Of a stretch of 64,000 nucleotides of DNA, positions 21,601 to 33,095 are shown one piece after another. Each line of letters begins with the position of its first letter. The stretch's first letter is position 1. The notes beneath the pieces were generated by a model, which was given only the letters and a program-made list of their open reading frames with translations, did no database searches and was not told where the DNA came from. The DNA is from an uncultured delta proteobacterium (GTDB taxonomy: Bacteria > Desulfobacterota > Desulfobacteria > Desulfobacterales > Desulfosarcinaceae), in NCBI GenBank assembly GCA_963785365.1, contig CAWAUZ010000009.1, forward strand, positions 142,724 through 206,723, given 5' to 3'. Both the position numbers and the translations under genes were made by a program.

Positions 21601-23643
21601 GTCGGCATCCGTACCGGAGATGATATACCCGAAGTGCTGTTTGGAGCTTCCTCCAGGCGTGCTTTCCATGCTGGAGATCTTGACGTCCAGCGTGGTGTCC
21701 GAGGTTTTGGTGTATTCATAGCTAATCAAGGCGTCCATGTCATAGTCGGAGCCCTGTTCGGCATGCTCGTAGGTGACCCAGAATTTTCCGCTGGCCGGGG
21801 TGATGGCGTCAACGTAAAAATCGACAATGGCGCAGGTTGGCTGGAAATCACCGCGATCCGGTGTGACCCCACCGCCGCCGGTCGAGTATACCGTCTTGGC
21901 AAACGGCACCAAGGTGATGCTTCCGGTTCCCATGGGAATGTCGACCCTGGGCAGAGGCGATGCCAGTCCGACCGTGTAGGTAGATACGCGCTGATCGCCC
22001 GGGGCGGCATTCAGATCGTTGCGCCAGCCGTAATGCGCCACCGAGGCCGCGTAGTAGCCGCCCAGCTTGGTGGGCTCTTCGGGGCAAAGGCCGCGGATGT
22101 CGCCCAGGCCGGTGATCCCTTTGGCCGAACAGGACGTGTCCGTGTAGCTGCCGCTTTGGCCGATATAGTGGGCGCTGGTGCCGCTGAACCCTTCGCCCGA
22201 CGAAATGGTGTCCGCTTCCGCTTTGGCATTGAACGCACCAAAGCTGCCCGAACCGCCGAAATAGCTGCCCGGAAGCTGGTCGGTATCGTAGGACGGGTTG
22301 ATATCGCTCAGGACCAGCATAATCGGCTTGGAGCAAGCGGGAAACCCCGTATTTTCGTCGAAGGGGTCGACCCAATTTTCCAGCGGTAAATCAAGGCCCA
22401 TATCGTTGCCGTCCGAAACCGACGACGAGAATTCAGTCGTATTGCTCGCGCCGGCAAAATAGCGCAGCGATTCGTACATCATCTCGCCAATCGGGTTGCC
22501 CCACATATAATTCTGGCCCTCGACGATCGGTCCCGCATAAGTCGTGTGATCCCACCGATGGCTGCCATGATCGAACCCGATCACCCTCAGGTTGTCGATG
22601 GTTTTGATGATGCCGCCGACCGTGGCGTCGGTTTTATAGGTGAATTGACCAGTGGTCGGGTTGATCTCATCGTTGATCGAGCCGATGTTTTTGCGCAAGA
22701 CACCGCCGGACAGGTGGTTGCCGTAGGAACCGGTGATCAGCCCGAAATACATGCGGTCGGGCTCGCCGTGGCGCTGCAGGATGCCGATCGGTTTGAAGAC
22801 GGCCGCCGCGCCGCTGCCGTAGGCTCTCTCGCTTTTCAGGTCGGGTTTGTCTTGAACCCCCACCTGGACGCGCACGTCATATTCATATTCCGGTGTCCCC
22901 ACCAGCGTGTTGCCGAGTATGCCGTTGCCGCTCTCCGCCGTCACCCATGTCCAGATGCGGTGGTCGCTGTCCAGCTTGACCCTGAGCAGCGGCGCATAGC
23001 CGCCATTTTCCGGTGCGACCAGCGAACCGCTGCCGAAAAGGTGTCGCTTGCCGGCCGCGGGCTGGCCAAACGGGGTGTAGTCGCTGATCTTGTAACCGTT
23101 GGTGGCTTCGTCCGTGTACTCCTTGCCCCAGCAGTGGGCGTCATTGGGAATGTAGGCTCGCTCCAGCACGGTTTCCGTGGCCGTATCCACCGAACGGTAT
23201 CCCCCGTACAGCACCTTGCGCATCACGTCGATTCGGGACATGGTCAGGTAGTTGAGAAAATCGCCGCTCCAATAGCCTCCGGTATGGTGCCTTCTTGTCG
23301 GTCGTGTAGCCGGCTGGCACAAACCGTCGTCGCCACTGTATTCGTAGTACTTGTAGGAATCGAAATAGCCGTAATAATCGATTTCATCGGGTTTGTAGGT
23401 GATGTCCAGAACGCCGTCTTCATTCAGATCGGAGGCATCGTTGTAGGCCTCGTAGTAAAGCTTGTGATCACGACCCATGACCAGCATGACCAATGGGGAT
23501 ACCGAAGATGTCAAAAAAGGGGGCGTGGCGGTGTAGTCAATCGGATCGGGTGTGGCGGCGTTGCCGACCGATCGCGTTCCGGACATCAACAGGCAATGAA
23601 ACACACTGACCAGGATGAACGTTCGGAGAATATTCTTTTTCAT
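18641..23643 (-). pseudogene. pilY1: PilY1/PilC type IV pilus tip adhesin, interrupted (frameshifts and one in-frame stop; possibly assembly artefact)
   Basis: Signal peptide, PLVMLVMGRDHKLYYEAYND, WSGDFLNY, LKNPLYYAAKWGGF, WKLGDIINSTP, YVGANDGMLHAF, ELWAYIP, FFGTGRY spread over four ORFs (21481-23688, 20166-21308, 19676-20320, 18641-19624) that join into one ~1660-aa protein. Confidence 0.85.
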
Positions 23644-23708
23644 GGTGTTACCTTTTCCAGTCCATATTATGCGGGTCGTCGATCTCACGTGACTGTTCGT
23701 TCGGCGTA

Positions 23709-24299
23709 TTAGAGCCCGCCGGGAACACCGACCATCTTACGGTAAGATGCCATCAGGTCTCTGGTGCTCTGGCGGTTGCTGAACCCGCTGGAATTGACGT
23801 CATAGTAAATGGCAATGGCACTGGGCCCGACACCCTCGGCGCCGGTGGCGAACTCGGCCCCGCCGCCGGCCACGTGGGCCTGCCGGACCCGTTGGGTATC
23901 GGCTCTGGAATTGATCCCCCCGGCACCGAAGTCGACATCCATGAGATTGTCGTAAACGTCGAAACCGGCAATCTGGCGGTAAAAGTCCCCCGCCGGATCG
24001 GCTTCCGCCGAAAGGTAGGTGACGCCCGGCGCATCGTTGTCAGTGCCCGAATCGACTTTGCCGCTGCGGTTGACAGCCTGGGAAATCAGCTTGGCCGTCC
24101 CGTAGATCGCGCTGTCGGCGTTGTAAAACGCCGTTTTGATATACTGATCGTTGGCGGCAAGCTGCTGCTCGAAGGTGGTCGTGTTGGTGGCCGTCACCCC
24201 CAGGATCGTCACGATCACGAGGATGAACAGTGCGGCCACGATGACCGAGCCGTTTTCGTTGGCCAATGGCGATTCATGTGACGCGTTGGTTGCTTTCAT
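23709..24299 (-). CDS. pilX: PilX-like minor pilin / pilus assembly protein
   Basis: NENG|SVIVAALFILVIVTILG (no Glu5, as in PilX), AFYNADS. Confidence 0.85.
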   Translation of the reverse strand: MKATNASHESPLANENGSVIVAALFILVIVTILGVTATNTTTFEQQLAANDQYIKTAFYNADSAIYGTAKLISQAVNRSGKVDSGTDNDAPGVTYLSAEADPAGDFYRQIAGFDVYDNLMDVDFGAGGINSRADTQRVRQAHVAGGGAEFATGAEGVGPSAIAIYYDVNSSGFSNRQSTRDLMASYRKMVGVPGGL

Positions 24300-24302
24300 G
24301 GC

Positions 24303-24755
24303 TTAAATGATCTCCGGTAGGACCTGCGTAAAGGTCGTCCATTTCGTGCCGAAGGCGTGTGTGCGGGTCACCGTGTAGGTGATGGTTTTGGTTCTGACCA
24401 CCGGCGTGTCGTCGTCTATGGTATAAGTGACGGTGATGGGGCCGGTTTCGCCGGCTTCATCGGTCGTGCCATCGACGTCGTTGTCGACCCCGTCGGCATC
24501 TTGCGCAGGCGTGTGGACACCGTCGCTCAGATCAACCGGGTTGCTGTAAGAGAGTGACATGATCGACTCCATGCGGTCTTCCAGGACGAGGGTGTTGGCG
24601 GTCACGTTGCCGGCCGACGTATTGCCTCGCACGGAAGAGATCTGCATGGTCGCCACCCCTAAAATGCCGATGGCAAAAATGGCCATGGCGATGAGCACTT
24701 CGATTAGTGTGAAGCCGCCTTGATCGTTCAGCGTGACTGATGATATGTGCCTCAT
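24303..24755 (-). CDS. pilV: PilV-like type IV minor pilin
   Basis: GG|FTLIEVLIAMAIFAIGILG prepilin motif. Confidence 0.85.
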   Translation of the reverse strand: MRHISSVTLNDQGGFTLIEVLIAMAIFAIGILGVATMQISSVRGNTSAGNVTANTLVLEDRMESIMSLSYSNPVDLSDGVHTPAQDADGVDNDVDGTTDEAGETGPITVTYTIDDDTPVVRTKTITYTVTRTHAFGTKWTTFTQVLPEII

Positions 24756-24772
24756 TTGAACGTCCCCTCTTT

Positions 24773-25612
24773 CTAAAGCCCCATGTTCCGGCATTTGATC
24801 GTCGTGGTGACCATGCGCCGCCGGAACTGGTCCGGCGCCGCCGACATGTCCAGCACAACGTCACCCTGGGGATTGCGATAAACCGTGTCATCGGTGACTT
24901 TGCGGGCCAGCACCGGCACCGTGTCGCCGGATCTGGCCACGATGGTGACCTGGACGGATCGGATATTCTCTAAATCTGCATCGGCCACCGGTGTGGCGAT
25001 CACATTGGGCGGGTCATTTCCGTCCAGATAGACGAAGTTCAAGGCGTCGATGTTTGAGGCGATCAGGCGGGTATTGTCGGTTGGGTCGGTTGAGTTGACA
25101 CTGTTAAAACGCCTGCGGATGTTTCCGCTGTCCAACTCGAACTGGACCAGCTCCTCCTGATCGGTAGCGTCGCCGTCGTACCACTCGGCTTCATCGAATT
25201 CGTCAACCGTCCCATCGCCGTCATTGTCCAACCCGTCATCGCCCTCGTCGGCAATGCCGTCTGCGTCATTGTCGACACCGTCGTCGATGGCGTTGCTGTT
25301 GCCGGCTTGATTGTCGGATCCGCCGTCGTCCTTGGCGATCACCAACGTGGTGGCCGTTGCGGTATCGATGCCGGTCTCGGCGTCACCGCTGGGGTTGGCC
25401 CCCGCCATGCGCAAATCCCGCTCAATGACCAACATGGCCGTACGGACATTCTGGTTCATGTCGACGATGCGCTGCTGGGTCACGCTGGTGCGCAGCTGAT
25501 CGTGATAGGCGCCATATATCCCGGTCAGGACCACACCGGTGATCGCCAGGGCCACCATTAATTCAATCAGGGAGAAACCGCCTTGTGAACTGTCGTGTTC
25601 GATCGTCGTCAT
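24773..25612 (-). CDS. pilW: PilW-like type IV minor pilin
   Basis: GG|FSLIELMVALAI, RDLRMAG, IRSVQVTIVARS, CRNMGL. Confidence 0.85.
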   Translation of the reverse strand: MTTIEHDSSQGGFSLIELMVALAITGVVLTGIYGAYHDQLRTSVTQQRIVDMNQNVRTAMLVIERDLRMAGANPSGDAETGIDTATATTLVIAKDDGGSDNQAGNSNAIDDGVDNDADGIADEGDDGLDNDGDGTVDEFDEAEWYDGDATDQEELVQFELDSGNIRRRFNSVNSTDPTDNTRLIASNIDALNFVYLDGNDPPNVIATPVADADLENIRSVQVTIVARSGDTVPVLARKVTDDTVYRNPQGDVVLDMSAAPDQFRRRMVTTTIKCRNMGL

Positions 25613-25636
25613 TTGGATCGCTTCCTAATTTACCGG

Positions 25637-26131
25637 TTAGATAGTGGGAATGCCGCCGGTTCCCAGATTGATGGTAACCGTGTATCCGCGGCTGTTGGTC
25701 AACGTAATCGGACCCGCTGCCGACGCCATGGCCCGGGGGTTGAATCGCGTCTTGTCGACGGTGGTGCCCAGGGAAATATTGGAGATGGTGACACCAGCGG
25801 GCAGTTGACCGGCGTAAACCGTTCGTTCAGAGCCGTCTTGGGCCCAGTTCTCGGCAGTGCCCGCCCCTTGACCGTCATCGACGTAGGCAAGGAAATCCGT
25901 ACTCGCGGCACTGATATCAGCCGCGTCAAACGTCACGACGACCAGGGCATTGCGCTTGACCGCTTCAATGCGCGCCTTTTGAATCATGGTGACGACATCG
26001 CGGGCCGCCCCGTTGACACGGCTGTCAGCCGCCCACCCGATCATGTTGGGAACGGCTATGGCCGACGCGATACCGATGATGGCGATCACGACCGCCAGTT
26101 CGATGAGTGTAAATCCAGATTGTTTATGCAT
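25637..26131 (-). CDS. fimT: GspH/FimT-family pseudopilin
   Basis: SG|FTLIELAVVIAIIGI..AIAVP, ARIEAVKRN; GGAG RBS before the ATG at 26131. Confidence 0.85.
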   Translation of the reverse strand: MHKQSGFTLIELAVVIAIIGIASAIAVPNMIGWAADSRVNGAARDVVTMIQKARIEAVKRNALVVVTFDAADISAASTDFLAYVDDGQGAGTAENWAQDGSERTVYAGQLPAGVTISNISLGTTVDKTRFNPRAMASAAGPITLTNSRGYTVTINLGTGGIPTI

Positions 26132-26162
26132 TTTCTTTCTCCGTTGGCATGCCACCATCCCT

Positions 26163-26178
26163 AACAAGAAGTGTGCCA
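26163..26178 (-). promoter_or_regulatory. Sigma-54 (-24/-12)-like promoter of the minor pilin operon
   Basis: TGGCAC-ACTTC-TTGTT on the minus strand, about 30 nt upstream of fimT; GT instead of GC at -12; AT-rich tract upstream. Confidence 0.55.
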
Positions 26179-26547
26179 TACAAATCGTCTCCATGGCGGA
26201 CCCAACCCAAATGAATGCTCGATTGTTGTTGGATTAGATCTTATAGTACTGTTTTTATTATTTATTAATATTTTCTATCATTAACTGCAGCACATCGCGG
26301 TCCAGGCGCGTTGACGATTCCGCCCGACGTTTCAATCGGCGTCATGGGCCCCGAACATTAAAATATTTTAATGCCCAGGATCGCTGAACAATGCGTATTG
26401 ATATTTTTTATAGATAGTTACAGGTTGTTTGGCCGAATTCGTCCGCCATGGAGGGCTATTAACTTTTTTTAGACCCCTGTGGGTTGGCAGGATGGAAGGC
26501 GGGTGTCAGAAGTCGATCGGAAACGGTTGGAATTTAAGCTGAACGCA

Positions 26548-27664
26548 TCAGTTCAAGGCGCTGGCGAGGATCGCCTGGAAACGCCCCTCGTCCTTTAAAA
26601 AGCGGATGGCCACGTCAATCGTCACCAGTTCGACGGGCCAATGCCGGCGATAGGATTGGATTTTGACAAAATCTTTCAAGGTGGTGACCAGCAGATCCAC
26701 CCCTTTTTGGGTTGCCATGGCTGCGATGCGATCGAGGTCGCTCCGGCGATAGGAATAGTGGTCTGCAAAAGCGAATCGGTGGCAGACGGTGCAACCGGCC
26801 TGGGCCAACAGATTGAAGAACTGAGAATTGTCCGCCAGGCCCGCAAAGGCCACGACCTTTTTTCCCGTCAGCCGCGACAGCCCGGCCTGGCTGTCGGCGC
26901 TGCGGCCCTCGGTTTCACCCATCGGCCTGACCATCCTGACCATCGGGCGGTGGTCGGTGTAAAAGACCGGCCGTCCCTGCGGCAAGCCTGTCGAGCCAGG
27001 CCGGACGGACGGACTCTTGACAGCGGGTCAGCACGAACACGTGGGCACGGCCCAACGCCCGAAGCGGCTCCCGCAAGCGGCCGCGCGGCAGCACATGCCC
27101 GTTTCCAAAGGGCGCGCGGCTGTCCAGAAGCAGGATGTTTAAATCCCGTTGCAGCCGCAGGTGTTGAAAGGCGTCGTCTAGAACGATGACATGGGGTCGG
27201 AAGTGCGCGACGGTCAGCAGTCCGGCCTCGTAGCGCCGACTGCCGACGACCACCGGAATGCCCTCGAGCAGGCTGGCCATCAGATAGGGTTCGTCGCCGG
27301 CATCTCGTGGGCCTACCAGGATCGTCGACCCATCGCTGACGATCCCGCCCCGTTTTTCCAGCCGCCCCCGGTATCCGCGACTGATTACCGCCACGCGGTA
27401 CCCCTGGTCCCTGATCATTTTAGCGACCCGAATGGTCATGGGGGTTTTGCCGGTGCCACCGGCAGTGATGTTGCCGATCGAGACCACGCGGCATGGCAGC
27501 CGTCTGGCAGCCAGGATTCCATCTTGGTAAAGCCGGGCGCGCGCGCGCATCAGAAAACCGTACGCATAGGAGACCCACCGCAGCCCCGTTTCGACGGAAA
27601 GGGCGGGCACGGGATCCGCTGTCTGCAGGGCGCTTTCAAGCCGATCAGCGATGCGATCAATCAT
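26548..27664 (-). CDS. lpxK: Tetraacyldisaccharide 4'-kinase (one frameshift near 26986)
   Basis: SIGNITAGGTGKTP, SRGY, GDEP, LDDAFQH, LPRGRLRE in ORF 26915-27712; FAGLAD, FADHY, TTLKD in ORF 26548-26985. Confidence 0.9.
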
Positions 27665-28982
27665 TTGGGGCCGTCCGTGGATGCGTGGCGGATCGCGATT
27701 CACGATCGACAATGGCCAGGGTGCGTGCCACCGCCCCCTGGTTGGCGGTGAAAACGCCGAATGCGCAGCGGCCGATACGCTGCCGCCACTCGCGGTTTCC
27801 GATCAGCCGGCTCACGGCCTGGGCAAGCTCGGCGTCGTCATGGACCCGGATCGCACCTTTGGCATCCAGCAGGGTTCGGCAGATCCAGCGAAAGTCGCCG
27901 GTGTGTGGCCCGAACAGCACCGGCGTGCCGGCGGCCGCCGGCTCCAAGGGGTTGTGGCCCCCCGCATCCACCAGGCTGCCGCCCACGAAGGCCACGTCCG
28001 CCAGCGCACAAATAGAGCGCAGGACGCCGATACGGTCGACCACCACGACCTGTGACGGTTGCGACTGCCGTTCGGTCTGAGACATGGTTGCAGCGGCAAT
28101 ACCCGAACGCGTGAAAATTCGGCGCACATGCCCGGCCCGGCCCGGATCGCGGGGCACGACAATCAGCACCGGCGCAAGGCCGTCGGCCTCGACCCGGCGG
28201 TAGGCCTTGAGGATGATCTCCTCTTCACCCGGGTGGGTGCTGCCGGCCAGCCACACGGGCCGGCCGGCCGGCAAGGCCAGCTGCCGGGAGAGCCGTTGCA
28301 GGTCGTCGACGGAAAGCGCCATGGGCTCTTGATCGAATTTGAGATTACCCACCACCTTCAGGTTGTCGTCGACGACACCCAGGGCCCGGAATCGCCGGCG
28401 GTCCGATTCCGTCTGAACGCATATGCGCTCGAAGATCGCCAACAGCGGCGACATCAGCCATCTGACGCGCCAGTACCCCCGCCAAGAGCGATCCGACAAG
28501 CGCGCGTTGACCAGATAGACCGGGACTCCGCGCCGCTTCAGCTGCCAGAGAAAATTAGGCCAGATGTCGGTTTCGACAATGACCACCCGCCGGGGTGCGA
28601 AGCGCGCGATGGCCCTTTTGACGCACCAGACGACATCGTAGGGAAAGTAGCGCACACCGGCCACAAGAGGTGCGATCACGCGCTGGGCGGTCTCGACACC
28701 GGTGCGGGTGGAAGCCGTGAAGATCAGGCTGTCGGGCCCGTGTTTTCGGCACAGGGATTCCACAAACGGCACGGCTGAGATCACCTCGCCCACGGAAAGG
28801 GCATGGATCCAGATCCGCCCCCCGAGGCCGCGACCCACTGCATCCGCGGGCGGCAGCGACTCGGCAAACACCCGTTTGGAAAAACCCCGGCGATGCTTTT
28901 CGCGACCGCACACCATCGGCACCCATATCGGCCAGAGCAGGCCGATGGCGATCCACATCACGATATTGTAAACAACGGCCAC
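27657..28982 (-). CDS. waaA: Kdo transferase (copy 1)
   Basis: IWIHALSVGE, ETDIWPN, NARLSDRS, GNLKFD, GSTHPGEE, GGHNPLEPA. Confidence 0.93.
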   Translation of the reverse strand: MAVVYNIVMWIAIGLLWPIWVPMVCGREKHRRGFSKRVFAESLPPADAVGRGLGGRIWIHALSVGEVISAVPFVESLCRKHGPDSLIFTASTRTGVETAQRVIAPLVAGVRYFPYDVVWCVKRAIARFAPRRVVIVETDIWPNFLWQLKRRGVPVYLVNARLSDRSWRGYWRVRWLMSPLLAIFERICVQTESDRRRFRALGVVDDNLKVVGNLKFDQEPMALSVDDLQRLSRQLALPAGRPVWLAGSTHPGEEEIILKAYRRVEADGLAPVLIVVPRDPGRAGHVRRIFTRSGIAAATMSQTERQSQPSQVVVVDRIGVLRSICALADVAFVGGSLVDAGGHNPLEPAAAGTPVLFGPHTGDFRWICRTLLDAKGAIRVHDDAELAQAVSRLIGNREWRQRIGRCAFGVFTANQGAVARTLAIVDRESRSATHPRTAPND

Positions 28983-29029
28983 GGCAACACCTCGATCAAC
29001 GCCGCGCGGCGGGCCGCCTCAGGCCTCGC

Positions 29030-30106
29030 TCAGTCGGCGTTGAGCAGCAAAAAGCCGGCAATGCCCAAAAAGACGAAATTGGCTGCCCAGGCGGCAACCA
29101 GGGGCGGCATCATTTCCGCGTATCCCAAGGAAATACTGAAACTATTGAAAATCCAGTATAAAAAGGCCGCAGCCAGCCCCAACGCGATGCCGGTCGGCAT
29201 CCCTTCACGCATTCTGCCTTTCAAGGCAATCCCCGAGCCAAGCGCGCTGAGCAGCAGGCAAACGAACGACGCGGCAATTTTGGCGTGAAAGTCGACCCGG
29301 TAGCGCACCGCCGGATAGCCTTCGCGCTCGACCTTTTCAATGTAGCGTCTCAATTCGGACACCCCCATTTCGTCAGACCGCTTGGCAGCCTGGCTGAGGT
29401 CTTCCGGATTGAGATCGAGATCGGCCTCGACAGTTTCTTGCACCTCGAATTGGTGCCCGCCGCGATCTTCACCAAATGTCTGAACGACCGCGTCCTCTAG
29501 CTGCCAGCGGCCGTCACTGAACCGGCCCGAGAGCGCATCGATCCGTTCGATCAGTTTAAAATTGTCGTCGAAGGTGAAAATGGCGATTCCGGCCAGGCGC
29601 CCCTGGTCCGGGTCGTACTGGCTGATGTGGATAATCTGCCGGGCGGCCCGCATCCAGATGTCATTGGTCTTGGATGCGTAAATGTTTTTCCTGCGGACTT
29701 CCTGAAGCCAGATCTGGTTGGCATTGACCATGAACACCGGAACCACCCATTCGGCGACCACGACCATTACCACCGAAAAAAAAAGGCCCAGCGCAAGGGC
29801 GGGCTTGAGCAGTCGGCGCTTGCCGATACCGCCGCTTTTCAGGGCGATCACCTCATTGTTCTTGCGCATCAGGCCGAAGGCCACCAGGATGGACAACAAA
29901 AAGCCCAGGGGTCCGATCTGCGTGAAAATAAACGGCAGTTTGTAAAGCAGGTGCACCAGGCAGCGCCAGACCGGCACGCCGGCTTCGATGAAGTCGTCTA
30001 CTTTTTCGATGAAATCGACCACCAGGTAAATACTGAGCACGGCTGCCAGCACAATCGAGAGATAGAGCAGGATTTCCCGGGTGACGTAGCGAAAGAGAAT
30101 CGTCAT
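29030..30106 (-). CDS. lptG: LPS export ABC transporter permease LptG
   Basis: YjgP/Q family: NNEVIALKSGGIG, AAWAAN; downstream of lptF. Confidence 0.9.
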   Translation of the reverse strand: MTILFRYVTREILLYLSIVLAAVLSIYLVVDFIEKVDDFIEAGVPVWRCLVHLLYKLPFIFTQIGPLGFLLSILVAFGLMRKNNEVIALKSGGIGKRRLLKPALALGLFFSVVMVVVAEWVVPVFMVNANQIWLQEVRRKNIYASKTNDIWMRAARQIIHISQYDPDQGRLAGIAIFTFDDNFKLIERIDALSGRFSDGRWQLEDAVVQTFGEDRGGHQFEVQETVEADLDLNPEDLSQAAKRSDEMGVSELRRYIEKVEREGYPAVRYRVDFHAKIAASFVCLLLSALGSGIALKGRMREGMPTGIALGLAAAFLYWIFNSFSISLGYAEMMPPLVAAWAANFVFLGIAGFLLLNAD

Positions 30107-31281
30107 TTCCTGACCAGCCAGTTCATGATCCGGTCCAGGTGCGGATCCAGCCAGGTGAATGTCAACGGTTTTTCCCGGCCGACCCGGATCAGGAGAACAA
30201 CACCGATGCCGCCAATAAACAGGTTGGGGATCCACATGGCCAGCACGGGTGGATAAAGCCCATCTTCTCCCAAGGTTACGCCGACTGCCAGCAGTATGTA
30301 GTAGACCAGGAAAAAAGAGAGGCCCAGGCCGATGCTCAAGCCCTTTTTCGAGTAACGGGGTTGAATACCCAGGGGCAAGGCCAGCAGCCCCATGGCCAGG
30401 CAGGCAAAGGGCAGTGAAAAGCGCTGGTGGTATTTGATCAGGGCACTGCGGTGCTCCCGGGGGTCGCCGGCAACCTGCTGCAGGTGGTCCGCGTGCTGGG
30501 CAAGGGTCATCTCGTCAGGCCGCTTGTTGGCGATGTCCCCCATGGGAATGACATCCTTGAGGTCCAGCCGGATATCGTAGGTTTCAAAATCAATGGTGTA
30601 GGCCGACCGTTTTTGCAGGTCCATCTGATTGATCGTCCCCCCGAACAGCCGCAGATAGTAGACCATCTTTTCGGGTTCGCCGACCAACTGTCCGGTTTCG
30701 GCCACGACCGTGTTGTTGATCCCTTCGGATCGGCTGTCTTGAATGAACACCTGGCGCAGTTCACCACTGCGCGTGTCGATCTTGTTGATGTAAAGCATGA
30801 TATTCTTGAAACTGTCGTTGAAGGTGCGCGCTTTCAGGCTGATATTCAGGTTCGACGTGGCCACCTCGAACAGCAAGGTCCGGAAATGGCTGGCACCCAA
30901 CGGCATACCGAAGATGGTGATGGCGCCGGTCAAAACGGTACCCAGGATGCAAAATGCCAGGACCGGCGTCAGCAAACGGTATACGCTCACCCCGCCGGCC
31001 TTGAGCGCCATGATTTCATTGTCGGCCGACAATTTTAAAAATGTCATCAACACCGCCATCATCACCGACATGGGAATGACGTAGCGGAGAAAGTAGGGCA
31101 TCATAAAGGTGAGCATCAACAATACCGGTCCAACACCGACCTTGTGATTGACCACCATGTCGGTAATGTCCAGGATCTGTTTCATCAAAAAGATGAAGGA
31201 GAAAAATGCCAGATTGATGAAAAAGGGCCCCAACATCTCGACAAAAAGATATCGGCTGAGCAAGGAGATCGGCTGTATCAT
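30103..31281 (-). CDS. lptF: LPS export ABC transporter permease LptF
   Basis: LSADNEIMALKAGGVS, HQRFSLPFAC, AMWIPN. Confidence 0.9.
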   Translation of the reverse strand: MIQPISLLSRYLFVEMLGPFFINLAFFSFIFLMKQILDITDMVVNHKVGVGPVLLMLTFMMPYFLRYVIPMSVMMAVLMTFLKLSADNEIMALKAGGVSVYRLLTPVLAFCILGTVLTGAITIFGMPLGASHFRTLLFEVATSNLNISLKARTFNDSFKNIMLYINKIDTRSGELRQVFIQDSRSEGINNTVVAETGQLVGEPEKMVYYLRLFGGTINQMDLQKRSAYTIDFETYDIRLDLKDVIPMGDIANKRPDEMTLAQHADHLQQVAGDPREHRSALIKYHQRFSLPFACLAMGLLALPLGIQPRYSKKGLSIGLGLSFFLVYYILLAVGVTLGEDGLYPPVLAMWIPNLFIGGIGVVLLIRVGREKPLTFTWLDPHLDRIMNWLVRK

Positions 31282-31290
31282 GGATGGGCG

Positions 31291-31425
31291 TCAGATATTG
31301 TCGCGCGGTCGGGAGGTACCACGCTTTTCGTGCAAAATGGCGTCGTCTTCATCGCCTGATTCACTGTCGACATGTTCATCTTCGGCCACACCTTCTTGCT
31401 CCAGTTCGCTGCCGTTTTCTTCCAT
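31291..31425 (-). CDS. Small acidic hypothetical protein (44 aa)
   Basis: AGGAGG RBS, then MEENGSELEQEGVAEDEHVDSESGDEDDAILHEKRGTSRPRDNI; fills the gap and ends 9 nt before lptF. Confidence 0.5.
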   Translation of the reverse strand: MEENGSELEQEGVAEDEHVDSESGDEDDAILHEKRGTSRPRDNI

Positions 31426-31478
31426 GCGTATCCTCCTGGATCATCCGTCGATCCTTTTCGGGTGGTTGATCGTTGTGA

Positions 31479-32969
<1,491 letters not shown>

Positions 32970-33095
32970 GGCATTGCTCCGTCTTGCGCGGTATCAGGCA
33001 AATTGGAATGCTGCGTAAGCTGTCATCGAAAAGGGCCGCGCCCCAACCGCCGCTGCCACAGCCTGCCTCAACCTCAAAAAGAAAGCCAAAACCGG

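Noticed and set aside
18641-23643. Programmed frameshifting, DGR or intron explanation for the pilY1 breaks
   Set aside because: No clear slippery heptamers or long homopolymers at the lesions, no reverse transcriptase or template repeat in the window, and no inserted sequence at the breaks.
12056-26500. Genomic island integrated at tRNA-Arg(CCG)
   Set aside because: No integrase next to the tRNA and no duplicated tRNA 3' end noticed by eye; the region is accessory-like but has no mobile-element evidence.
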